A DNA stretch of 64,000 nt, taken from assembly GCA_964252035.1 (NCBI GenBank), contig OZ176200.1. The stretch is one strand, 5' to 3'. Both the position numbers and the translations under genes were made by a program. A model generated the notes under the pieces. It did no database searches and was not told the DNA's origin. It saw only the letters and a list, made by a program, of their open reading frames with translations. This document shows positions 1 through 11,801 of this stretch, in pieces (within the stretch, counting starts at the first letter, position 1; every line of letters starts with the position of its first letter). This stretch comes from Podarcis erhardii. Lineage: Eukaryota.

Positions 1-469
1 CATCTGATCACATTGAGGAGAGGGACTGTGAGAAGTCTAACACTGCCTCTTTGCACACAACACTTTAAAAATTCAGCCAGTTGACAAATAAAATAATGTT
101 ATAGGGGAGATGCTGAAAAGAACCCAAACACATTGTCTGGGGTTTTTTGTTTTTAATTCAAAAACAACAACACGAAAATCTAAAAGAGCACCCAGTCCAA
201 AAATTACCAGGCTCTTGGCACAGTCCTCTTGCTTTCCCTTTCTCCGTCTGTTTTCAAATACATCTTTATAGTTGAGAACTCTGGTAGGCATGCCAGAACA
301 AAATGCAACCAGGTAATATTGATTAAACCATAGTATAGGAAGCCACGCATCCACATACCCTATAACTCACTGTATGTCTAGAAAGAAAACGATGGAGTTA
401 GCAGCGGTTTAAAAATACATTGTTCGGTTAGGTAGATGTAGTATGTAAGGGTGTTGGGGTCTGAAGCAG

Positions 470-1470
470 AGTGCAGACATGATGGTGCTGATTTCTTAAC
501 CATGGTTAAGAGAGTGGGAGTTGGTCATGCACAGATACCTTGGTTTGGATACAGGTTTGCGCAGAGGAGAATTGCACAAACTGGCAGGGTCGGCCCACCC
601 ATGAGGCAAGGTGAGGCATCTGACTCAGGCGGCAGGATCCACATGGACAGCAGATCCCAATGCAGATATTTATTCCTCCCCCGTCCTGTTCCTGATGTAG
701 ATTTTCATTCACCCCTCCTTCCCTGGTGGGGAGGGGGCAGCCATGCAAACTGGATGTTCCCACAAGTGGAAGGTGGAACATGATTTTCAATATTTCCTTT
801 CCTCCTGGAGCCTTCTGTGCTCTCCAAAATCTGCTCCAGAGGATTTGGGGGATCCTCCGGAACAGCATGGATATGGGTATGGAGGGGGAGAGGGGAACTA
901 TCAAAAGTTATCTTCCTCCTCTCACCTACGGGAGCCTCTGCAGGAATTGACTTGCTTTTGTGAATAGAAGGAGGCCTTCGATTTGTTGAACAGCAGGTCT
1001 GAATCTAACCCTCTCTTTCCTCTGTCTCCTTTTGTCTCAGGCATTCTTTCTCCTCTCTTTCTCCTTTGAACTTTAATTATATTTATCATTACATCTGCTT
1101 TGGTTTATTTGTTCCTATTTTAAATTCATTTCAGAGTCTCACATTTTGTCTGCAATTGTATTGACATGTTTTTATGTAGTGTCAGCTTATGTGCTGGTTT
1201 CCTATAGAAAGACAAATATTTTTGAGATAATAAATAAATAATCTGCAGTGGTACTAAGCATGGTTAAAAGCTTGACTTCACTAAGCATTAATCAGGATTT
1301 GAAGCAAGGCTTCAATAAACTGGCAAACCCTGGTAAAGCTGTTGAGCGTTAATCATGGTTAGTGTTAGCATTACGGTTAGCTCAGTAAATAACTCCTGCG
1401 TGATCTTATGTGCAGCTTATTCCCAGTCTCTTAACCATGAGTAAAAGATCAACAGTGTTGCATCTGCACT
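470..1470. mobile_element. Old ~1 kb TIR-bounded non-autonomous DNA transposon (Harbinger-like suspected)
   Basis: Degenerate inverted termini: CATGGTTAAGAGAGTGGGA (501-519) vs reverse complement of 1421-1439 (18/19 identical); AGTGCAGA (470-477) vs TCTGCACT (1463-1470). GC-richer interior. No TSD seen. Confidence 0.5.
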
Positions 1471-2648
1471 GGGCATAAATATTTGCTTCATTTTCTTTTC
1501 ATTATTATTATTTCTACATCTCATTGAGTGTAACCACAAGCTAGTGATTTGTGCCCCCGTAATGAAACCAAATCTGTAGATGAAAAGTATTTAGAAGATA
1601 AATACATAATATTGATTTTGTTTACATGTTGATCCTTGCAGTGCAGTTGTTGCATGCTCCTGGTGAAGAAATAGGCAACAATGCAAGATCAAGGCACCTA
1701 ATTCAAGAGAGAAGTTAACTTGATTTTAATATTTCTAGTCACATGGTGCAGAAGCGTAAGCCATTTGATCATTCAGTCCTGCTGCTGAGCAGCACAGTTT
1801 CTAGGCACACCAAATTTCCATTGTCTCCATATTACCAAATGCACTTCTTCCACACCACCAACATAGCACTGGTGCCATCATCTTAACAACTTCCAAGTCC
1901 TGAATTTTATCAGGCCAACTTGCAGACAGCAAGAAAATGACCTTTCAAGCAGAGCCTGATGCATATAACACAGTGATGTCAACCATTATCCCAAGTTGCC
2001 ACAGTTGCTCTGCATTGAATGAGAAAATCAGCTTAAGGTTCTCTGTGCCCCATAATAATATTAAATAAAGGCTGTAAATCCTAGTTATTAGAGATGCTTG
2101 AACTCTTTGTTGTTAATGTTGCCTCTTGATTCAGCCCCTTCATTGTTAATGGCTGGTCTAACAACCCATCTTAACCTCTTTGAATGTATTCATGATTCAT
2201 AAGTATTTGACAACAGTGTCAGAATTTAAGTCCATTGATTGTTTATAAACTGTTTACTCAGTTTGTTATTTGTGTGATTGGCCACACATGCCAATCTCTC
2301 TGATTGGAAGGCTGAAGTTATTTGCTTAGGAAGACGTTGCAGCGAATAAAATGTTTCTGAGCAATAAGGATTTTTTTTTCAAGTTAGGAAACTGGATTCA
2401 CCAATAAATGGCAAATGAACCATCAACATAAATAACAAACTATGCCAAGATATTATTTTATTTGTATATCAATGTTCACACATCAGCTGGGGGTGGGATA
2501 GGTTATATTTTTCAGATTATTTTATCAGGTCTACTATTTTCCATTTGGTTCTATTGTAAATGTTCAGACAAAGAGTTTTAAAATATGAAAAATGCCTGGC
2601 TTCATATGATCAATGATATCCAATAATAATAATATCCCTTCTTTAGAA

Positions 2649-3028
2649 TGGGATGGCCAACTTCTGCATTATAAGCGGCCACTCAGTTCTCTAGATTCCG
2701 TTCCTGGAAGGGGAGTATATTTTGCTGTCCAATTGGACCTTCTCGCAACTAGTCAGAAGTTGTATTCAGCATGACCTAGGAAAAGCAGTTTCACAGTTAT
2801 GGTGCATGTGTGCTGGATCATGATTTAGGCTGTTGCATTCAAAACCTGGAGATAGAATCATAGATTTGCACAGCTAACAACGTGAAAGGCCTCTCTCACA
2901 ACCTTTTAAAAAAATAATTTCCTTTTTATATAAAATGTTATTACTGATTAAAATGTAGCAGGGAGTAAGGCAGATAAAATTATTTCCTGGGCCACATCTT
3001 GCTCGTGGGCCTCAGCTGGCCATCTCTG
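2649..3028. mobile_element. hAT (Charlie-type) MITE, degenerate
   Basis: Ends GGGATGGCCAAC / GCTGGCCATCTCTG; flanks CTTTAGAA / CTCTAGAG resemble an 8-bp NTCTAGAN-type TSD. Confidence 0.5.
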
Positions 3029-4269
3029 CTCTAGAGGTTCAGTTAGAATTTTGAAACAGACATTTGCTCACGTGGTTAAAAATGTCCCTGTTTTATATGT
3101 GTACCCTAGCAGATAATTTTGAAAAGTGGATTTTGTGGTCCTACACTATCTATCTGAGGGATATAGGAATCACTGGTTACAGCTGTCGCTGGGCTGGTGG
3201 AGCAAAGGTGGGAATTAAAGTGCAAAAGCAGCAGGTATTACATTTAAATTGTCTCGTGAAGTCCCTTTTCAAAGTATCCATGCAGTGGAAGATCCAAGGC
3301 TTGCTTGCCGCTCTGTCTCCACATCCATTTTCATAAGGAACTCATGCATATTATATACAAACAGTTTCATTCTCGCTTTCCATAAACATGCAACTGGACA
3401 GTCTAAACAAACACAAACAGGTGTGAATACTTTGAATGTGAATACATTAATTAATAGATGGAGAAATTATTAGCGCTCACAATGTAATTAATGTTGAGAT
3501 TAAATATTCAGTTATATTGAATCATGAAATGTACAAGGCCCTTTAAATGAATATATGATTGGAGGGGTTCAGGATTTGGAGTGGTGAGAGAGACCATGGT
3601 TTTCTCTAGGAACCACCCCCAATATCCCTCTCCCACTAAAATAAGATGGATGATCTCAAAGGATAAGAAATAATAAGGAACACTGTTACAAATCAGACAC
3701 ATATATACACCCGTGTCCCTCTGGTGCAAATACACAACTCCAAATTAAGGTCATAAGAGCAGCATGTGGTGTGTGTCAATGAGCAGGAGTGACACCTAAC
3801 CAAATACAAATTCATTTGGAGATTCTGCAAAGCAGGTGCAAATTACTTAGCACCAACCACACAGAGCAACCAGTTCACCAGGAATGATTAGTAGTAGTTA
3901 CTCTTGTTTACTAGGTAGACTTAGTGAGAATCATGCTGTTCACACACAAATCTTGCTTAAAATTGGGAAATGTACTTTGAATAAGTGATTATTATGATAA
4001 TTTGAGAGGACATCTCAAATTAAATGGGTAAATTGTCCCAGAGGCAGAAGGCTTATTTATTTCCCGCCCCCCCCCAACCTAGGACATTTTCTCATTCTTC
4101 ATTAGCCTGCATAATATATATAAATGCATAAAGTAACTGCTTAGTTAGGAAGTGCATGCAATATATAATCATTTTAAAGTGTTTGGGGATACATTTTCTT
4201 AAGAGTAGATGTGAATTTAAATAACATACATGGACAAATGCCCTTATTTAATGCTTGACCTTTCTTTGT

Positions 4270-4702
4270 AAACTGCATTGTACACGTGTTATATAACTCT
4301 TTATAAAAGTACTCAGGCAAGGAGTCAGCAAGGCAAGTGCAAGGGAAATATTTATCTTCAGACAAACAAAAGGCATCCTGGTGAACAATGCCATTGTGCA
4401 TAATTACTTTCAGTTTAATATTAACAAAAAGGAAATGAATGCATACAGAAGACCTAAGAGACATTGTTCACAGGATAAATTTGATTGACTGCCACACATA
4501 TTTTGTGGCAATAATTCTGGAAGGAGTTTAGGGGTGAGATGAAACGCCGGACAAAAGAGAAGATAGCAAGCAGTGCTTCAAAAGTTGCCACACAAGCCAG
4601 TGGTGGAGCACATCTGACACCACAGGAAGCTCAGGTCGCTTGGAAAGTTGACTCAAAGTTCATCACAGAGATTTCTGACTGTGACATCACTACAATGCAT
4701 AG
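4270..4702 (+). pseudogene. Degenerate Myb/SANT-like DNA-binding exon of the Harbinger element
   Basis: 4518-4702 reads WKEFRGEMKRRTKEKIASSASKVATQASGGAHLTPQEAQVAWKVDSKFITEISDCDITTMH then AG|GTGAG. This resembles the W..K..K.K.A....GGG...LTP.E motif ending Harbinger Myb/SANT domains. The upstream part (GKYLSSDKQKASW*) has stops, and a TAA lies at 4512-4514. Confidence 0.65.
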
Positions 4703-5000
4703 GTGAGCTTTTTGCTAGGTTCACAGACATTTACTGTCACAATCACAATAAGGTGTATTGAAAGATGTTCTTTGGGATCCAGTACAGTTGTATGTGTTAC
4801 GGGTGCAGCACCGTGTGCATTTTATGAAGTGCCACCTGCACTTTTCAGTCTCTAAATTTTAGTCTGCCCAACTATTTGCCCAAACACAAACACTCTGGTT
4901 TCCCAACTGGCTTCTTTCTGTGTGTTGTCCGATGTATGTAGATTCCTCCATCTGCCTGGCCTCAGATACAGTGGTTGTTGCTCCTCTATTTGATTGCCAG

Positions 5001-5857
5001 ATGTCACTGGGCAGCAAGATGGGGAGGTTCCTGGATCTTCTGGACAGCCCAGGCACCAGAGAGGAAGTTCACCATCCACACCTGCAGAAGAGCAAGAATC
5101 TTCAGTGCCAGCTTCTGATGAAGATTCACCAGCCAGAACTACAGAGAGTTGGCCATGGCCATTGTCATCATCTGAAACACACAGCAACCTGGGGGAAGAT
5201 TTTGAGGGATTTCCAACACCAGAGCGGACTCCGCAGTGTACAATGGACATACAATCTCCTGGGGATCAGTCTCTCAGTAGGACTCCCCAGTATGAGAGTG
5301 ACTCTCCTGTGGAGGGAAATGATGAAATGAACGAAGAGCACCATGGTGTTCAGCCTGTCCCTAGGGATCGGGGTTGGAGAGGGCAAACTCAGCTGACAGA
5401 GGGAGAGAGGTTATTAATGGAAACCAATAGTAGGATTGTACAGCTGCTGGAAAATATCAAGAGGGAGCATGCACAGTCCATGGGTCTCATGTCCCAGTCC
5501 ATGGGCCGGATGGAGCTGCAGCTAGGCATTGTGGCTACATCCACAAGAGCCATCCATAACTACCTGTCTGAGATTTTAGCTTTCCTCAAACAACCAAGGA
5601 CACAGGTCCTTGAAACACGTATCTCCCAAAGAGCCACCCCTCATGTTGAGTTAACGAGTGCCTCAACGTGGACTGGTGAGGATGCAGTGGCAATGCCCAC
5701 TGGATACTTACCAAGGGATGAAGGGATTAATGACTCTCAAGAAACACTGCAAGCCACACTGCCTCGTCGCAGTGGCCGAATGCAGAGAGCCATAACAGAA
5801 AGGGCCTCGTTGCCCATGCCCATGCGCCAAGCAAAGGGGGGAGGGAAGAAAAAATAA
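5001..5857 (+). CDS. Intact terminal exon of the Harbinger Myb/SANT-like gene (S/E/P-rich linker, coiled-coil-like segment, basic tail); expression unproven
   Basis: Stop-free frame 4994-5857 in the ORF track. The frame opens right at a pyrimidine-rich acceptor CTCCTCTATTTGATTGCCAG|AT (phase 1), with TGA at 4991-4993 just upstream. Composition is typical of Harbinger accessory-protein C-termini. Confidence 0.5.
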
Positions 5858-6329
5858 TTTATCACACTAGTGATAGTATTTTTAAGGGTTTTTTTTAATG
5901 TGCCTGTCCTTTTAATTCTTAGCCATAAGGCCATGAGTGGCAGAACTTGACCATTTTTACATTTGGCTAACATTGTATTCTGGCTGACTAGATTAGTCTT
6001 ACATTTTGTAGTTTATATTTGCATTGTTAACAATGTGTGCTACTGGTATTTGAAGAACATTTGCTTCTGTTCTTTCACTTCAGCTTCATGAGAGCATTTT
6101 TTTACACTGTGCCAGACATTCATTGCTTTTCTTACAAATACAAATCATTTCTGGACACAGTTGTTTTTTGAGTTTTCTTTTTCCATTATCCCCCCTTCCC
6201 CCTTTCCCTCTGAGCAAGCATTCTGGAGTTTTTGGTAAGTATGTGGGTCTTGGCAATATTCGCCTCAGAAATTGTGTTCGATCAGTCTTTGCCTGGTGTT
6301 TCTGGCATGCTGGCCTGAGGTGTTGGGAT

Positions 6330-7270
6330 CAGCCTGTAAGTGCCTTTTTTGATAAAAATCTTATCCTCTGTGGGTCTGACCAGATTAATCTCTTGCCTAT
6401 TTTGTGGAAATTACATATCTTGGCTGGGTTGTGTAATAAGCAACATGCCAGGACTATATTGCAGCATTTGTGACTTGTACAAAAACTGTGCCAGCAAACC
6501 TATCTAGGCACATGAACTACACTTTCAAAAGCTCCTTCCTTGTTGAACTGATGGTTTGGCAAGCAACATTGTTATCCCATGGGGAGATTTAGAAACAGAG
6601 GAAAATAGCAATGCATTTATTATATGTGAATCACATAAAGAAATATCATAGGAGAAACTATCCCTAATACTATCACAGACACTTACAGATCAAAGCAATC
6701 GCCTTCCTTGTAGCCAGACCTTCTCAGAATTTAAGAGTCATAACACGCTGTTGCGTTCTGTGCCACAATGTCTAAATAACAGCTTTGCATTGCAGACGAT
6801 ATGAAAATCTCTCCTCTTCCTTTAGGCCACCTCATTTACTGATGCTAAGAGTGGTCCTAGCACACTAGGCAGATAACTAATGCACATGGGTTGGAGAGCA
6901 TTTTTATTACTGTTGGGACTGCCTCTGTGAGGGTTGGTTAAAAAGCGGGACACAAAAGCATCTAGATGCATATAAGGAATACAGAGTGGCTTCTGAGTGG
7001 TACTCAAGATCATCCTGTTTTCACCACCAAACGGGGTTGTGTGGTCGCCACCACTGTTACAGGCACAGTGTAGGCCCTGCTTCACTTTCCAGTTTCACTT
7101 TGGAGCTAAATTCCCTAAAGAGCATATTTGTGAGAGCATATTTATCAAGCCCATATCTAAATCCAAGTTTGTGGCTGTATCTAAACAGGCTGTGGACCAT
7201 GTGGGCCATCTCTTCCACCTACTCTTGTTTCAGACGGAAGAAAACCTGAGAGCAAGAAGCATTTTGCTGC
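6330..7270 (-). pseudogene. Harbinger (HARBI1-like DDE) transposase pseudogene
   Basis: Minus-strand pieces FRYGLDK, PSVLGPLL (6846-6869, cf. PNV.GAID), IVCNAKLLF, ELLKV*FMCLD and KCCNIVLACCLLHN (6428-6469, cf. ACC.LHN) occur in the expected order, interrupted by several stops and frameshifts. Confidence 0.8.
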
Positions 7271-7558
7271 AGTACAAACCAGCCATAATATGCTTCTTAG
7301 TGAAATATTTGCTTGTGGCTGCTTTTTGCTAAGTGACTGGGCTAATGGTGAAATGCAGCTAGTGTGGGCTAACCCCTCATGCAGGCACAACGTACGGTTC
7401 AGGTATCTGTCCTGAGAGATGAGCTGTCATGGGTGTGCTGTCTTGACCATAAACTCTAAATGCACCCGGTCTGTCAGGGATGACCTTTCACACCTGCATA
7501 CCACTTGTGCCCCATCTGTGCCTGTTTTATTTCTTGTTTGTTTGTTAAACATAATATA

Positions 7559-7719
7559 CCGTATTTTTCCGTCTATAAGACGCCTCCATGTATATGACTA
7601 TTTTGGGGGACTCAGATTTAAGAAAATGGGGGGAGATGGCCCCATGTATAAGACGCCCCCTCATTTTTGACATTATTTTTTAGGGAAAAAAACCTTGTCT
7701 TATACATGGAAAAATATGG
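7559..7719. mobile_element. Tc1/mariner-superfamily MITE
   Basis: TIRs CCGTATTTTTCCGTCTATAAGAC / GTCTTATACATGGAAAAATATGG; TA on both flanks. Confidence 0.8.
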
Positions 7720-10700
7720 TATATATAGATGCCTTTATAAATAAATACATTTCAAATTGAAGCATGTAAGAATCATGATGCAAGAATACACATTCTTACA
7801 AAATTACATTAAAAAACAACAACCAAGGGGAAGTGTCACAAGCAAGTATGAAACCAAGTCCAGTCCAATGGATTTTGTTAAGGTTCCAATGTAGCTTTCA
7901 AAGTCCTAAACAAAAACAAGCTGCAGAGCTCTTTGAAAATTAGCCTTTTATTAATATGTTTGAAAAGGGAAATACATGGAGTTCCACAAACATCCTGAGA
8001 TCAGCCTAGATCTACAATATAATGAAGATGTGTTTATTTGCATTATGTCACTCTAAAAGTGTGATGGAATTGGGGAGGGGGGGTATTCAGAATTTGACAA
8101 ATATACTACAGTTCAAACATAACCATTGTTGGAAAGTCCAGATTTCCTCCCTAAATTTAATACATTTAATTCATTGGGTTATACTGCATCCCAACTTCAG
8201 TATGCGATTAAAAAAAAAATCAGCACAAAATTCATTCTTTGCAGTAATATACAAAGCGCCCTCCCCATTCCAACTTGTTTCAGCTATCTGTGATTAGAAA
8301 GGGTTGCAATACCTGCCATTTGAGTGGAAAAAGCTGTAGGGCAAGGAAAAATGAGCTGACAATAATAAGATCAACAAAAGATAGAGTTTCCCACTAACCT
8401 AATGTGTGGTGGCAATATCAGATTTTGTTAGTGAATACCTGCAAACTGATATTGTAGTCAGATCTAGTGCTTGGATCAGACTTCCAATACTGTCTTGCGA
8501 AATAATGGAGGTATGCATGGTTTTTATCATTTTCAAAGTGAATATACCCATGCTTTTTTCTTGTATCTGTCAAAACCTATTCATTATTTCCCTGTAGTTC
8601 TCATTGTCTGGCTAGAAATATGGCTACGTGTGTCTTTTCAGTTACAAAAGTTATGAGTCTTTATGTGGAATATTACATTACTTGCAGACATTGAGTAACA
8701 AATACTTCCCATCTTCAAAATCTTTCACTGTTGATCACAAAAGGTTTGTGGCATCATTTACAGGACTAGAGAGGCATAACACAAAATCTTCCCTCTTGGT
8801 GGTGGATATACCAGCATACCCAAATGTCAAAGATGAAACCTGTAAGGTTTATGTTTTACTGCAAATTGGAAAGGTTTAGTCATAGTTTGAAAGACAGAAT
8901 TCAGATTTCTGCTAAATTGAGTATAAATCTTTCACATCACATTTGAATCTTTTAAAAAGCAGGCAAAAAAAATAGAATACTGAAAGATATTGATATTTAC
9001 AAATAATCTATAGCATTGTCCAGTTCCATGATGTTGGCAGTAGATCTTGAGCCTTCTCAGTGACTTAAGAATCTGCTTTTCTATGACAATTTTCTTCGCA
9101 GGTAGAGAAGTTAACTGTGATTCCTATAAACACCATTGCCCTGATCCAGCTATCCTTTGTGGGCACAAGGGCTCTGATCTCACCCAACCACAGGATCTTC
9201 TCCATTCACTTCAGTGGTCGAGGCATCTCTGGTATCACATGCATAGAGATATGCACATAGATCTTTTACATCCACTGCTGTGATTTGAGAAACCCACACA
9301 TGCAGGGGCTCCTTGTGCACATTGCAGCACTCACGGGGCTCTGGTTCAGGAAGCGTCTCTGCATTTAACTAGATGTGCTACATTAAAATCCATTTTCCTT
9401 TTCCCATATACCATTCTAAACCACACTCTTAAGAGATGAATATGCTCTACATATCTAATTACAATCTCTAATTTCAACACTCTGCATGGGTGGAATTGTC
9501 TGTAGAAAATTATTGAGGTGACTGTATTGAGCTGGTAACTAATGGGCTAGTTTCTCTTTTTTCCTAAAGCAGTTTGCAATGCAGGTATTTTGTATTTAAT
9601 TCTAGAAAAATCAGTTGGGAAGTATGATGCCTTTAAGACTTCAGTTGTCGGACATGATGAAAAAAAGAAATTGGTGGAGTCTCTTCCAGTTGTTACATAA
9701 CTTTTTATGTATGCATATATGCTGAGTATCCAGGGCCCTGTGGTTAGGATGAATATTTTGCTAACTTTGCTTTGATAATCTAAATGTTTAAAAAACACCA
9801 CTGCATATATATAATCTGACTGCATTCTCTGAACATTGATACTGAAGGTGTGGCAAAGAAAGAATATAGGGCTATTTTTTATAGTATAAGGTTGGCTCTT
9901 ATTCCAAGTGTGGAGGATGAATTGATGTGTGATCTTAGATCAGTAAAATGACTCAGTTTCAACATAAATATAAAGGGATGATACCCATTGTATAATGCTA
10001 TAATCCAGTTGTTGCCTAACTCTAGATTTGAACATTCCTCTTGCATCTTAAAAGGAAATCACTTGTATCAATTGCTTCTATTTTGGTTTGTGTTTGTAAT
10101 TTGTCGCATTCTGCATTGTGCCTATTGGATCCAAATTTCCCTGTGCTACAAAGGATAGAGATAAATTTTGTGTGGTTGGCCTCTATAGCTCACTTAAAAC
10201 TGAGGGCTGATTCTCTTCATAACCTTGTCTGTGACGGGCTGCTTTTATTTATCCAGCTCAGATTAGTTTTCCTACCTTTTATCCATAGTGAAGTGGTCAT
10301 ACTATGACTTTGAGATCACAGTTTGATGGCCATCACTCAAACATACTCTTTGAACATTTGTGGCAAACAGTAACACCATCTGAGTTTGCGGTCAAAATGT
10401 TTCATGACTACTTCCTCATAGGCAAATGCAGGAAAATAGTACTCCAGAGTTTAGAAAGTGGTTTGCTACTAACAACGTGGCCATGAGAATTAGCCCTGAC
10501 ATATTAATTGCCAGGCTTATAGCAAAGTTCCTAATGAAGATTTGAAACTTGACTCATTGGACCTAAGTATGATTCATTTAACATTTAGAAGTCCATAGAA
10601 AATTAAATATTTGCATATTTAAGAGACTTTAAAAAGTGCTGTTATAGCAGTGCCAAATCGTTTTGTCTAATAGCCTGACATCAGGAATAGGTTACAAAGT

Positions 10701-11124
10701 AATAGCATAAAGAGCACTTAAAAATACCTATTATTGTCTAAAATTTAATTAGCATTCTAGTGACTACTGTGTGGAATAGTGCTCTAGAGGTGTAAAATTT
10801 CTAAAGGTTTTCTTTCCATTTCTATATAGATATTTTCCCTTCACATTTTGAAGGTTTGAAGAAGAGGATTGTTTTTCGAGTCACACTAAGTAAACATTAA
10901 ATGCATGCAGGCTTAAAACTAAAGCATGCATGTTACGCAGCAGCAATAAAAGTGCTCGGCTTGCACGACTTACGATGCTGAAGCATTGCCTTGTTAAATT
11001 GCCAAAATCCCCTTTTTATTTGCATCTTTAAAAAAAGTTAAACTCTTAATTTCACATTGCATTATTTAGATTTTCAGTCTTTGGACAAATTAGATTTATT
11101 TTAGCAAATATTTCTGTGTTACAG

Positions 11125-11255
11125 ATAAAGTTGATGAAATAGTACCAGTTTCCAAGCCATCAAGAATTCCAGACAATGCAGCCGTGGACTCAAGAGTGGC
11201 AACAATTAAACAACGACCTTCCAGCAGATGCTTTCCCTCGGCTACAGATATGAAT
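11125..11255 (+). CDS. SHANK2: SHANK2 coding exon (DKVDEIVPVSKPSR...ATIKQRPSSRCFPSATDMN)
   Basis: TTACAG| acceptor, |GTGAGT donor, 131 nt, phase 1 to 0. Translation matches recalled SHANK2 DKPEEIVPASKPSR...VATIKQRPSSRCFP..DMN. Confidence 0.95.
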
Positions 11256-11747
11256 GTGAGTAAATGTACTTAAGAGTTCTGATATTTTGACTAAATTAAG
11301 ATCTTTCCAGATTCCTAATAGTAGAGGATAATCCTCCAAGCTTTCCTTTTCTTTTTGCACACTTATCCTTAATTCTTCTGACTTGTGCCCATGATCACCT
11401 TCTGGAATGACACTCCTCACTGTAACGGATTAAGATTTATTTCCTAGGAAAATTTGCTTGGAAGTTAGTCCCATTGAAGTAAATGAGAGGCACCTCTATA
11501 AGTGTGATATATTCATGTTCTGTAAAATTACACCTTTGTTATACCATATTCTTGAACTGGATCCATAGCAATGGTATATTCAAATGCCCTTTTAATGGCT
11601 AATTTCCAAAGTTTGAAATCAACATCAAAACCTTCCTCATGATTTATTGTAATGGTGCAATGGGACTGTATCTAGATATGAAATAGATCTAAATATTGAA
11701 TCAGATCTTGTCCAAGAATCACACATAATGAACTTAAATGTCTTCCT

Positions 11748-11801
11748 AACCCCAGAGTCGTCCGCAACTGGACCCAACGGTCAGGGATCCCTTTACCTTT
11801 T
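11748..11801 (+). mobile_element. Sauria SINE 3' end (5'-truncated)
   Basis: AACCCCAGAGTCG...CTGGAC...GGTCAGGG..CCCTTTACCTTT, the same tail as the full copy at 55075-55124. Confidence 0.8.

Larger units (their letters stand above)
4270..7270. mobile_element. Fossil PIF/Harbinger DNA transposon with convergent Myb/SANT-like gene (+) and transposase (-); outer boundaries approximate
   Basis: The two-gene convergent layout and the motifs in both halves (see sub-features) match Harbinger architecture. TIRs not confidently located. Confidence 0.8.

Noticed and set aside
4863-4933. Possible 71-nt middle exon that would reconcile the phases of the Harbinger Myb gene
   Set aside because: Pyrimidine-rich intron-like composition, leaves only a 67-nt intron, and the peptide has no resemblance to the family; probably coincidental.
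1-11124. Expected upstream SHANK2 exons/microexons (…TSELEEL, VDK, ASVRKKK)
   Set aside because: No convincing match found; probably upstream of the window or too diverged, so not annotated.
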